Below, one piece after another: positions 1-12,125 of a stretch of 64,000 bases of DNA (positions within the stretch are counted from its first letter, which is position 1; every line of letters starts with the position of its first letter). The DNA is from Octopus sinensis (lineage: Eukaryota). The stretch is taken from assembly GCF_006345805.1 (NCBI RefSeq), contig NC_043000.1:12462001-12526000 (forward strand), written 5' to 3'. The position numbers and the translations under genes were made by a program. The notes below the pieces were generated by a model. The model was not told the origin of the DNA and made no database searches. It worked only from the letters and a program-made list of their open reading frames with translations.

Positions 1-1382
1 TCATGTGATGGTCGTAACTGAGCATCATCATCATCATCAATGTAAAACATGCTTGGTCATGTTTGGAAACAGGTGAAAGTTGGTCCCAGGAGGGGCATCT
101 GGCCATAGAAAAGTCTGCTTCAACAAATTCTGTCTGACCCATGCAAACAACAAAAAGCAGACGTTAAATGATGATGATGTATCTCCATACCACCTCAACC
201 TCTACCCTTTGGGATTCTTCATTAAGCGTGGCAGGTCAAAGGATAGAAACCTAACTAATGTGGATGACCTCTTCCTGGAGGTAAAAAAAAATGGGTTTGT
301 GTAGGGCCAACGTCCCTACCTAGGAAAAAGTAAAGTTACAGAAACTTCGATGACCTGAGAGAGGAAGGCTTTCCCTTACGGGGAGTGAGAGCTGAAGAAA
401 AGCAGGGATTCATCTGGGGAGAAGCAGAAAAGATAGCCTGGAATTGGGAACAGTAGAGAGAAGTTGCCAATGGCTTATATTCTATAAGGAGCATAAGGAG
501 AGCCCTATACTTGGTAACATGGCCTGCTTGAAATAGCAGCCAAATCCCACTGAAACCACACCCTCATATCTTAAAAAACAGAAGGACAAAATATAGGATC
601 TGTCCAATGAACTGTCTCTTTTCTCCATATTTGGGGTATTTCTGCTAATGTTAGAAATTGCTATTGCTGCCTCCAGCATCAGCACCAACATCATTGTGAT
701 TAAATTTAGCACTGAGTCACATTTCAGGCAATAACTCCAGTTTGTCACTGATTCTTATTTCACTGTGGTTAGAACCTCTCCTTATGTGCATATACACACA
801 CGTGCACACACTCATGTGAGTATGTATTCATAAACACACACACACTAAAATGCTTATATTATACAGGTCTGTTTTACTAGATTTTAATTTTGCTTGATCA
901 AAGGAGAGCCATTTCTAAATAACAATAACAACTTCAAAGATTTAATTATTATAAATTAATCCTAATTAAAACTGTTCTTCTACACCTCTTAGTAAAGATC
1001 CCCTTTGGTAATGAATGACCATAGGATTGCACCTAAAAAGTTCCCTTCCTAGGCACAAAACCAAGCATGGTTGTTTATGGAAGATCAGCAGTCGCCCATG
1101 CATATCGGTTTCTCCTCTCTATGCCACCAATGTTATCTAAGGAAAGGGAAAAGGCTGATACAACTGGCATGAGTGACGCTGCAGCTCATTTCTACAGCTG
1201 AGTGAACTGGAGCAATGTGAAAATAAAGTGTCTTGCTTAAGGATACAACTCATGGCCTGGTCCGGGAATCAAACTACCTCATGAATTTGAACCTGATACT
1301 CTAACCACTGAGCCATATGCTTATACCACTTATGGCTTTAAAATGTATGTAGGGACAATCACAAATGCAATAAATTAAATAT

Positions 1383-2815
1383 ATCATCATCATCATCGTT
1401 TAACGTCCGCTTTCCATGCTAGCAAGGGTTGGACGGTTTGACTGAGGACTGCCAAGCCAAATGGCTGCACCAGACTCTACTCTGATCTGGCAGAGTTTCT
1501 ACAGCTGGATGCCCTTCCTAATACCAACCAATCCAAGAGTGTAGTGGGTGCTTTTATGTGCCACTGGCACAAGAGCCAGTTTGGTGGTACTGGCAATGGG
1601 CACGCCCAAATGGTGCTTTTTACGTGCCACCTGCACAGGAGCCAGTCCAGCGGCACTGGCAACGACCTCGCTCAAATGTTTTTTCACATGCCACCAGCAC
1701 AAGTGCCAGTAAGGCAATGCAAGTAACGATTATGCTCGAATGGTGCTTTTTACGTACCACTGGCACGGAGGCCAGTTTGTTGCTCTGGCAACGATCATGC
1801 TCATATGGTACTGTTAGCATTCCACTAGCATGGATGCCAGTCATCGAATTTGATTTCGATTTCATTTACCTTAACAAGTCTTCACAAGCAGTGTTTAGTG
1901 TCCAATGAAGGGAAGATATGCATAAATGGGTTGGTTACACCCCTGGCATAGGTCACGAGGTTATGGTCTCACTTGGGCTTGTCAAGTCTTCTCAAGCACA
2001 GCATATTTCCAAAGGTCCCGGTCACTAGTCATTGCCTCAGTGAGGCCCAATGTTCGAAGGTCATGCTTCACCACCTCAGCCCAGGTCTTCCTGGATCTAC
2101 CTTCTCCACAGGTTCCCTCAACCACTAGGGTGTGGCATATTTTCACACAGCTATCCACATCCATTCTCACCACATGGCCATACCAGTGTAGTCGTCTCTC
2201 TTGCACAACACATCTGATGCTTCTTAGGTCCAACTTTTCTCTCAAGGTACTAACACTCTGTCGAGTATGCACACTGACACTACACATTCAGCGGAGCATA
2301 CTGGCTTCATTCCTTGCGAGCTTACACTGCCATGTAGCATGGTTGTTTGTACACATGTGTCATACAAACAACCTTTTACTCTGAGTGAGAGGCCCTTTGT
2401 AACCAGCAGAGGTAAGATCTCTCTGAACTTTGCTCAGGCTATTCTTATTCTAGCAGCTACACTTTCAGAGCATCCACCCCTGCTACAGATTTGGTCACTT
2501 AGGTAATGGAAGCTATCAACTACTTGTAGTTTTGCCCCCTGGAATGTGGCGGAAGTTGTTCTCTGCACATTTTCAGTGTTTATTGCTCCTAAGCATTTGG
2601 CACACACAAAAACTATCTTCCCAGGTAGCCCTCATTTGATATTGCTGCACCTCTTATGTGTCCATAGCTTACACTGGGTACGTCGTATAGAGTTTCTACC
2701 TACGCTTTTTCTACAGATCGAGCAGGGTCATCTACCTGAAGGGACTTGTGGTTTGCCTGCCTTCCTACTTATTAGGACTTTGGTTTTAGCTAGGTTGACT
2801 CTAATCTTTAAGAAT
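1383..2815 (-). mobile_element. 5'-truncated RTE-clade LINE: RT thumb with Cys/His finger insert, C-terminus, 3'UTR and (ATG)n tail
   Basis: Degenerate translation RVNLAKTKVL...CSICRKSVGRNSI...VVDSFHYL...RRLHWYGHVVRM...GRSRKTW...DRDLWKYAV; internal stops. Confidence 0.88.
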
Positions 2816-3269
2816 AAACTTTTTTCATTTTAGGTTTTAAACTGTCCCCAGAGAATGTAACAGAAAATCCCTGGATGTGTAACCCCTTCAATGGGACTGC
2901 ATTAATGCTGTAGCAGCAAGCTATGTCCAACATAAAATCTGTTGACAGTAGGTAGGAGGAAAGGCACCCCAGGCAACGCTTTTATCAGGATGGCACTTTG
3001 GAGGTCTGCTGTATAAACCTATATAGGTTTAGGGGCCCAGGTGGGGGGGGGGGTGACACACACTCCAGTTATACCAATGTCAGTTGATTTCAAATACTGC
3101 TTTGTTGTCAAGAGAAGAAACCAGGTTAATTATTAGTGTTGGTGAACGAAGGAGAGTAGCTCCATGAGAATTGGAAGAAATAACAGTTGGATGTTGGCAG
3201 CAAGAGCGGCAGCAGCAACAGCAGCAGCTTGATTGTACTGAGCCTCATGCAAGTTGCTTGCACACTTAC

Positions 3270-3314
3270 CTGACTTCAGTTTGCTACGGGATAGATAGGA
3301 TCTCAGCTTAAATT
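3270..3314 (-). CDS. ASAP: Probable ASAP exon (K)FKLRSYLSRSKLKS
   Basis: ttgtag acceptor, consensus CAG|gtaagt donor, 45 nt phase 1->1, in frame after 5628 or 7059. Confidence 0.6.
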
Positions 3315-4524
3315 CTACAAGATTCCAGAATATGAGCACATAAACAAAATTGATAAAACTAATTAAGCTATACTCATACAGTGTAATTACTAATTAATTA
3401 GAGTATTAGAATATCATACAAAAAAGTAATTATATTGATATTCATAAAAAAAACCCTCTTTTTCTGTAAATATTGTGAATGGAAATAATGACATGGTGTA
3501 AAGGAAATAATGACATGATGTTCAAAATTATTCCAAAGAATATATATGATATGTATTAGTTTTTAGTAATGGAAATAAACTTTGTAAGAAATATCAATTT
3601 TCAGATCCAAATTAAATTCAGTGTTTTGTTAAGAGTGCTGTAGACTGTGATAACTGCCCTCAGGAATCAATTCATATTGATGTGAAGTGCTAAAGGAGGA
3701 CAGATTATATCAGTAAACAAAATTTCCTCAGCCTTGGTGGATGGCCCTGTTGTAACAGGATTATGCAGTCTACAATGTTCTTAATATGACACATCTAAGT
3801 CAAGTCAGATGTGCAAATTAATATATATATATTAGAATATATATATGTAGTAGAATCGAAGGTTTCTATTGAAAGTCAAAAGTGAAAGAAGAGTGCTCTG
3901 TGTAGTCTGAGAGCTGAATGTTATTATTAGTGCAATCAAATGGCACAGTCAGGTGTACCTTAGGGTTCGAAATCCATATTTTCTAGACAGTCATTTAATG
4001 ACTATGTTTCTAATCGATCTTTCATCAGTACCCAGATCAATTCTGTCCCTTTGAATCACATGATTCCACTCTGTGGGATGGTTGGTGTTAGGAAGCTGTA
4101 AAAACCATGTCAAAACAGACACTGAAGCCTGGTGCAGTCTCCTGTCTAACCAGCTCCTGTCAAACCATCCAACCCATGCCAGCATGGAAAGCAGACACTA
4201 ACTGATGATGATCTCAAATTAACATCACCATCTTAATTGTGACTAATGAGAAATGTAGGCATTAAATAATTGTCCTTAAATATGGATTTTGAAACCTAAG
4301 GTACCCTTAACTGTACTGGTAGCTTATAATAATAATAATAATAATATATGTATATTATAATAATATATGTATATTATAGTATATATATATAATTAATAGT
4401 AAAAGGCTAAAATTTATCAATTAAATTAATTAATTAATCAATCAATTAATTAACAATTTCACCAAGTAGATTGGTACGTTAAAATAACCTTTATAGGTAA
4501 AATTATACAAATATTTCATAATTA

Positions 4525-4735
4525 TATACATAATTATAATTAGGGTTCAGCTAATTGCTTTACTACATACCAAATTTAGAAATAGGAGTTAAAATTCCTT
4601 TTCTGCTACTATAAGAATCACCATGTTACCGTCATGGAGATTCTTTTAAGTAGTAGAAAAGGAATTTTAACGCCTATTTCTAAATTCGGTATGTGGTGAA
4701 GCAATTAGCTGAACCCTAATTATAATTATGTTTAT
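4525..4735. repeat. Fold-back palindrome, ~100-bp arms, 7-nt loop
   Basis: ataattagggttcagctaattgc ... gcaattagctgaaccctaattat. Confidence 0.9.
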
Positions 4736-5093
4736 ATATATATATATATATATATATATGCATATATTTCATCCTATAATTTCCAGTTGATGTACTTGTG
4801 ACCCACAAGTACATCTACATATAACAGCAGTATTACGTGTATTCATTCTGTATGTGAGTTTATGAATATGTGTTTGTATGCATTGCATATATATGTGAGC
4901 ATGTGCACACGTCTGTGTGTGCATGAATGCGTAGGGTTTGTAAATTTTTATTCGACTGTGACAATGTTGTGTTGGATGTGTGAGAGTGTGAAAGACAACA
5001 TTTAGAGAAGTATTAGCAGAAGCTGTCCAGAGTGAGTGGACAAGAGCTGGCCAAATTAGAAGAAGAATATTTGGTCAAATTGAAGTGTAGAGG

Positions 5094-5210
5094 AATTGTC
5101 CCAAGTTAATAACAAGCAGCACCAATTTTGATTAGATAGACCATAATTAGTTGAATTTAATTATCTTGACACGTCCATAATAGGTGGGGAATGGGCCATA
5201 AAATAACCCC
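5094..5210 (-). ncRNA. Candidate H/ACA snoRNA-like intronic element, copy A
   Basis: 117 nt, sense to host; AGAUAA between two predicted hairpins; terminal ACA+3; duplicated at 6408-6524. Confidence 0.35.
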
Positions 5211-5627
5211 TTTTCTTTTTTTCTTCACTTTTTTTGTTATTTATTTTTTTTAACATTATTTTTATTTTTGTTTCACACTGAAATATTTGATGTCTTATTT
5301 ATTTATTTATTTTGAGAGAGAGAATATTCTAGATTTTCATCAGGCAGAAACAAGGTGGACATCACCACAAGAAACACTGCACGACAACAAAACAACCAAC
5401 ATCACCACAACAATAACAGCAGCATAAACAACAACAACAACAACAGCAAGAACCACAAAAACAGCAACAACAACAGAAACAAATAATAAAAACAAAAAAA
5501 AACAACCCATAAATCATACATAGCAAAATTGTTTGAAAATGTTTGAAATGCAAAGGAGGAGCATGTGCGAAGGGGGCCATAATAAAAAAGGGGGTCGAAG
5601 AAGATTGAAAGTGAAAACATGGCTTAC

Positions 5628-5793
5628 TTGTCGGTTTGTTTAGAGGTGGTGGCAATGGCGGGGGCCGACTGGTCTCAATTTCTCCTTTATCTCGATAAAC
5701 AGCCTCTCGAGAAACTGAGGCTGCACTTGATGTTTCATTGATACCAATCACACTCGACGGTCTCGATCGTGGTTTCTTGTACTCCGGTACTCC
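5628..5793 (-). CDS. ASAP: ASAP Pro-rich exon GVPEYKKPRSRPSSVIG...ETSRPPPLPPPLNKPT
   Basis: ctgtag acceptor, gtaagc donor, 166 nt phase 0->1; RSRPSS and PPPLPP motifs. Confidence 0.88.
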
Positions 5794-5876
5794 CTACAGT
5801 AGAAACGGTAAAAATATCAACAAGGTGTAATAGGTATGGGACGTTTTGGCGCTGCCTATTCGGCATCACTGATTCA

Positions 5877-6170
5877 GTGGAGGCATGTGGCCTAGTGGTT
5901 AGAGCAGTGGACTCGTGGTCGAGGGTTCGCGGGCTCGAATCTCAGACCGGGCAATGTGTGTGTTTATGAGCGAAAAAACCTAAGCTCCACGTGGCTCCAG
6001 CAGAAGGTAATGGCGAATTTCTGCTGACTCTTTTGCCACAACTTTCTCTCACTCTTTCCTCCTGCATCTTGCAGCTCACCTGCGACGGACCAGCGTCCCG
6101 TCCAGGTGGGGAACCTATATGCCAAGGAAACCGGCCCTATGAGCCAGGCATGGCTTGAGAAAGAACAAAC
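5877..6170 (+). mobile_element. tRNA-headed SINE, V/Meta-like central domain (family also at 18652-18945, 30618-30905, 47253-47445)
   Basis: A/B-box head ggcatgtggcctagtggttagagc...ggctcgaatc; central ctgcgacggac...cgtcccgtccag. Confidence 0.75.
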
Positions 6171-6407
6171 ATTACTGATTCGATGCTGACTTATTTGACA
6201 TAAGACATTTAATGTTTTTCTTGTTCCCTTCCTTCCCCCTTACGTACACACACTCTCTATATATGTGTGAATATATTTCTCTTTATGCGTCTGAGGAGAA
6301 GGAAAATGTTCATGTCAATCGTGTTCAATCCATAAATTGTAATGTTTCTCTCTTCCTCTTTCTATCACTCCTTCTATCTGTATGCTTCTGTTTCTGCACA
6401 GGCACAT

Positions 6408-6524
6408 TTGTGTCCCAAGTTAATAACAAGCAGCACCAATTTTGATTAAATAGACCATAATTAGCTGAATTTAATTATCTGGGCATGTCCATAATAGGTA
6501 GGGGATGGGATATAAAATGACCCC
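6408..6524 (-). ncRNA. Candidate H/ACA snoRNA-like intronic element, copy B
   Basis: Same boxes and length as copy A; homology between copies stops at the ACA. Confidence 0.35.
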
Positions 6525-6604
6525 TTTTCATTTTTGTTTGCTTTTCCATTCACTTTTGTTTTTGTTATTTATTTTTTCAACATTTTAATTTTTGTTTCAC
6601 ATTG

Positions 6605-6998
6605 GCACAGGAGTGGCTGTGTGGTAAGTAGCTTGCTTACCAGCCACATGGTTCCGGGTTCAGTCCCACTGCATGGCATCTTGGGCAAGTGTATTCTACT
6701 ATAGCCTCGGGCCGACCAAAGCCTTGTGAGTGGATTTGGTAGATGGAAACTGAAAGAAGCCCATCGTATATATGTATATGTGTGTGTGTGTTTGTTCCCC
6801 CAACATTGCTTGACAACCGATGTTGGTGTGTTTACATCCCTGTAACTTAGCGATTTGGCAAAAGAGACCGCTAGAATAAGTACTAGGCTTACAAAGAATA
6901 AGTCCTGGGGTCGAGTTGCTTGACTAAAGGCGATGCTGCAGCATGGCCACAGTCAAATGACTGAAACAAGTAAAAGAGTAAAAGAGAGTAAAAAAGAG
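6605..6998 (+). mobile_element. tRNA-derived CORE-like SINE (Octopus OK/OR type)
   Basis: Head caggagtggctgtgtggtaag, core ttgggcaagtg, tail gaaacaagtaaaagag; inserted into duplicated segment B. Confidence 0.85.
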
Positions 6999-7058
6999 TG
7001 TTGAAATATTTGATGCTGCATGTGTGTGTGTGTGCGCCTTCAGTGTGCCAAAAAGTAC

Positions 7059-7137
7059 CTTCACCAAACCAGGCTGAACGTCCAGTCAGCCGTGCCAAAT
7101 TGTCAGCACCCAAACAGCTAAGCCCAATCAGCTCATT
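7059..7137 (-). CDS. ASAP: Candidate alternative (mutually exclusive) ASAP exon NELIGLSCLGADNLARLTGRSAWFGE
   Basis: CTAAC branch motif + pyrimidine tract + CAG acceptor; AAG|gtactt donor; open frame; 79 nt phase 0->1, same phases as exon 5628-5793; no homology recognised. Confidence 0.5.
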
Positions 7138-8905
7138 CTGAGATATAACAAGGTACAGAACAGACAATGTTAGGAGATACAACAGACAATGTACTCTTGC
7201 TTTACATGTAAAGGAAATGAAAATGAGCATGAAGGCATTAATATGCTGAATGAGATGGTTAGCACTTCTCACACGCGAATTCTTTACATCCTGACATTCA
7301 CTAAGGAGTATGCATGAAAGGTTATTGTTACCTCTGATTGATAGGGATTTATCTCACATAAACCCTTTCAATACTGTATTTATTTTGAGATGCTCTGTGT
7401 TTCTTTCAATTACTTTAAATATAACAAAGAATTTAGTAAAAATCACTTAGTTATCATTAAGCTAGTGATAGGAACATAAATTGTGACTAAGGTTTGGTGG
7501 AAGATTCTAATTCAAAACTTATGAAAACAAGACATTTGTACTACAGAGCTAGAGCCAGTTTCAGCCGGATTGGTAACAAAAGGGTTAAAGTATCTCCAAA
7601 GGAAATACATTTTGGACAGACTGATATTTTTAGCCAAGTAGGGGACACATTTTTCTTATCCCACTTTGTATTTATCTACACGACACCATCATGCATGTGT
7701 CTTTATGGACATGTGTTTGCATGCATTGCATGCACGTGCAGGTTTGCACTTTAATAAGTATCTCTAGACAAGATAGGTCTTAGGTAAACTGAGATTTTTC
7801 TCACATCAAAGTATCTCTAAGGGGTTATACTATATTCTATATTGCCTCAGTGAAGACACATGGCTTAATGGTTAGGGTATTTGGTTTACAATAGTAAGGT
7901 CATCAGTTCAATTCTTGGCAATGATTTGTGTCCTTGAGCAAAACACTTTCTTTCATGTTGCTCCAGTTCACTCAGCTGGCAAAAATGAGTAGTAACTGTA
8001 TTTCAAAGGGCCAGCCTTGTCACACTCTGTGTCATGCTGAATGTCCCTGAGAACTACATTAAAGGTATGCATGCCTGTGGAGTGCTCAGCCACTTGCATG
8101 TTAATTTCATGAGCCAGTTATTTTGTTGATTGGATCAACTGGAACCATCATTGCCCCAATTAATCTAACCTTAAAAATTAGTGTAGAGGAGCACCCCTAT
8201 GCAGAGAAAGGTTTATCAATGAACCAATCAACATTACAAGATTAACCCTTCAGCATTTAAACTGGCCATATCTGGCCTAAATATTCTACTTGATAAATCC
8301 TAAAACTAGACAGATCTGGCTTCTCACACCTACCCTACAATGTTACTCCAAAAATTAAATCCTCCCATTATCGAAACCTCAAGGCTACAAGACATTGCAT
8401 GATCCATTCAAAACAATGTGAATAAATAAGCATGACGCTTGACAAAGAACTCTCAATGCTAAAGGGTTAAAGAAAAATGAACAAAGAAAAATTAACTCAA
8501 GAGTGGTCAATGGCATATATTTGAGCATCATAAACAAAAAGAGCTATGTCAAATACTGTACAACATAATTTCTTGATGTATTGAAATTGTCTCTAAGGGA
8601 TGCATCTCTATTACCAAATGGCATCTAGGATCAGTTCCATTTAAAAACATGAATCTAGATGCCAAACTTTAAAAATGCTTTCAGGGCCCACGATGCATAT
8701 TTACATATCTAAAATCACCACATATGTATGCTCAGTATTGATACAGGTTGTTTTATAGACACAACTTTTATACAAACAATAACAAGGGTGGGTTATATAC
8801 GGATTGTCACAACATATAAAAATACACACACACACACAGATAGATAGATAGATAGATAGACAGATAATAGTCACATCAGATAAATGAAATAGAAGTGTTA
8901 CTTAC

Positions 8906-8953
8906 ATCAATATCATCATCACTATAACAGTCAAGCGGATATTGGGGCTCCTC
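8906..8953 (-). CDS. ASAP: ASAP exon EEPQYPLDCYSDDDID
   Basis: ttgcag acceptor, gtaagt donor, 48 nt phase 0->0; acidic SDDD motif as in ASAP1 ESDDDLD. Confidence 0.85.
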
Positions 8954-9159
8954 CTGCAATGTAATATTTATTATATTGATTATAATTTACTGACGATCAA
9001 TCCAATCCAATGACAACAATGATAGTGGTGATGGTGGTGGTCATGATAATGGTAGTGGTGTGGTCATGATGGTGATGATAATGATTGAGATGTTGATGCT
9101 AATGGTGGTGATGATAATAATGACAATGGTGATGATGATTATAATAATGTAATACATAT

Positions 9160-9380
9160 TTCTTTATTACCCACAAGGGGCTAAACACAGAAGGGACAAA
9201 CAAAGTCAGACAAACGGATTAAGTCAATTATATCGTAACTGATACTTATTTAATCGACCCCGAAAGGATGGAAGGCAAAGTCGTCCTCGGCGGAATTCGA
9301 ACTCAGAACGTAGAGGCAGACGAAATATGGCTACGCATTTCGCCTGGCGTGCTAACGTTTCTGCCAGCTCGCCACCTTAC
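9160..9380 (-). mobile_element. Nin/Deu-domain SINE (also 12955-13185, 19637-19865, 34499-34733, 46870-47045 and many older copies)
   Basis: Domain gaggtcgactttgcctttcatcctttcggggtcgat after a tRNA-like head. Confidence 0.8.
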
Positions 9381-9996
9381 AATAATGTAATACCTTCCAG
9401 TATTTAATCGTCAGAAGAGAAGAGGTTGGTAAAAAGCCCAAACTTGCTATCTTCAATTTAGTCATGAATGTTGGCTAATGACCAGAAGAGTAAGATCATG
9501 AAAAGAAATGGTAGAAATAGGGTTCCTCGAAAAGACCTCTAGAGTAATGTTACTCCACATGGTGCATAGCTTGGAGATCAAAGAATCTCTCAAGGTTGAG
9601 CTGCTACCATATATACTCACGGATAGGTCACACTTTTTTTTTACCAAAAACTTTGATAAAAATCAGGGGTGCAACCCATCCACTCGACATCATAGAGATC
9701 TGAAGTAGACAGTAGTGTATCAGTAGTCCAGGAATGTACCCTAGGCCTGGGCTTTTCAGTTTTCAAGTTGTTATAGAAACCTTTTTGTGACATCTGTTTA
9801 CTAGAAAGCAGAAACTGGAAGTTTGCATGTTGGTCTTTTAGACAACACCAATGCAAATATAAGTCATATTTACATTAAAAGAGGGTCATGTAACTCCCCA
9901 GATTATAGTGCAACCAACCTATCTGCGAGTCAACCACAAATACCAACTTTGACAACCCCAAACTAAGGGTGTGACCTATCCAAAAGTATATACGGT

Positions 9997-10290
9997 ATTT
10001 CTCTGCATGGAGAGATCACAGCACCGGTACGATGGACATGTGATTAGAATGTCACAGGAAAGAATTGCAAGATGGATTCTTCAAGCAGAGCCAACTGACA
10101 GGAGACCTAGAGGTTAACCAAGAACAAGATGGTTGGATCATGTTCATAGTCTCAGTTGGTTATGCTTAGGAATTCATCCAGAAAGTGTAACGATGGTTGC
10201 TTCTGATAGGACCTTATGGAGGAAGTACCTGAGGACTCTTACCCCTACAAGCTCCTCAGGAATAGCAGACATAGAAAATGGATAGATTGG
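9997..10290 (+). mobile_element. RTE (Rex3/Expander-like) LINE C-terminal fragment
   Basis: Translation ERSQHRYDGHVIRM...PTDRRPRG*PRTRWLDHV...LGIHPE...DRTLWRKYLRTL. Confidence 0.75.
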
Positions 10291-12125
10291 TGATATTTGT
10301 TATCTTGTTGCCTTCACAAATGGAGGAGTGAGAGCTGTGTTGTTTTAAATAAGTTTCACAAATGGACATTTATACATGATGCTTATATGCAAAGATATAT
10401 TGACAGGCTGGAAATAGTAACAGCAGTAACAATATACCCTCACCCATCCACACATCTGTTGTAGATTATTAAATAGAGAGAGAGCAGAGGTGAAGAAATT
10501 AACTAGAGAACAATGACCAGCAATCAATTAGTGGCCATTATTCAATGACCAAGGTGCATGACCTAGTGGTTTGGATGGTGTATTCACGGTTATAGCTTTG
10601 ATTTCTGGACTGGACAGTGCATTGTGTTCTTGAGCAAAACACATCATTTCGCTGCTCTGTGATTACTTCAACACCTGACACATGGCACACTGTGCACTTA
10701 CCTGTACAGGCAATCTCAATTCAATGAAAGGAGGGAGTTAAGGTACAGTACAAACATTTGATTACTATAAAGAAATCATTTGTACAGTTTGTTCAGGCAA
10801 GAAATTTGAAAATCTCATCTGCTCAAGAACCAGGGATCAATCAGCTGTTGTTATTTAGTTGTCAGCAATCTTTAAATTGCTATTCAGTTGCCAGTAATCT
10901 GTTAGTGGCTGTTATTCAATTGCAAGCAACAAATTTAGTTATTACTATTACTGAGCCTTTAGAAATCTGCCATTTGCTATTATTCAGTTTTGAATAGTCA
11001 AATAGTTGGTTGCAATCATCATCATCATCATCATCATCATCGTTTAACGTCCGCTTTCCATGCTAGAATGGATTGGACGATTTGACAGAGGTCTGGTGAA
11101 CCAAATGGCTGCGCCAGGCTCCAGTCTGATCTGGCAGAGTTTCTACAGCTGGATGTCCTTCCTAATGTCAATCACTCCGAGTGTTGTGGGTACTTTTACA
11201 TGCCACTGGCACAAGGACCAGTTAGGTGGTACTGGCAATGGCCATGCTCAAATGGGGCTTTTTATGTGCCACCTGCACAGGAACCAGTCCTGCAGCACTG
11301 GCAACGACCTTGCTCAAATGTTTTTTCACGTGCCTCCAGCACAAGTGCCAGTAAGGTGACGCAGGTAACGATCACACTCAAATGGTGTTTTTTACGTGCC
11401 ACTGGCACGACAATATTTGTTGCAAATCTTCAATAGCAAAAATTATGACAATCTCTAATTTCAATTATTCAGTTGCCAGAAACCAAATAGCTGATGCAAT
11501 ATGTTAGTTACCAATAGTCAATAGCCGAAATACTAGTAATCTGTAAATCGCTATTATTCAGTTTAGATGCAATGGAATAGTTACATTGATCAGTTTCCAT
11601 CAATGAAATAGTTGCTTTAATCAGTTGCTAGCAATGAAATAGTTACTTTAGTTAGTGTCAGCAAAAAAATAGCTGCTTTAATTAGTTGCCAGCAAAAGAA
11701 CAAAAAATACTTGCCTTAATAAGCTGCCAGCTACAAAATAGTTGCTTTAAATTAGTTGCTAGTAATGTCAGTTTCACACTATAACGTGAAAGAGTCAATT
11801 CCAAACTTAATGTTCTCCAACAAAAAATTTCCTGCCCGAAACATTAAACATCTCCTCTTCCTCCTGGAATTATATTTATTCCACTGGGCAATTCATAACA
11901 AATGCACAGCAATAAACCAACAAAATAAAGTCAATCCAGATTCATTGCTATGATATCTAAAGAATGAGAGACAACCCCTGGACTTATAGACTTATCCCCT
12001 TGATAACAAAAGCGGTAGATCCAACCAGACTTACCACCAGGAATCATAAAAGACAGACAAGGGCAATTCCAACCTTCTTACCAGTCATGATATCTAGAAG
12101 AAGATGGGATTAACCCCAAACTTAC

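Noticed and set aside
3315-5093. Docking site complementary to the duplicated element
   Set aside because: Only 6-8-nt matches found by eye, which is expected by chance
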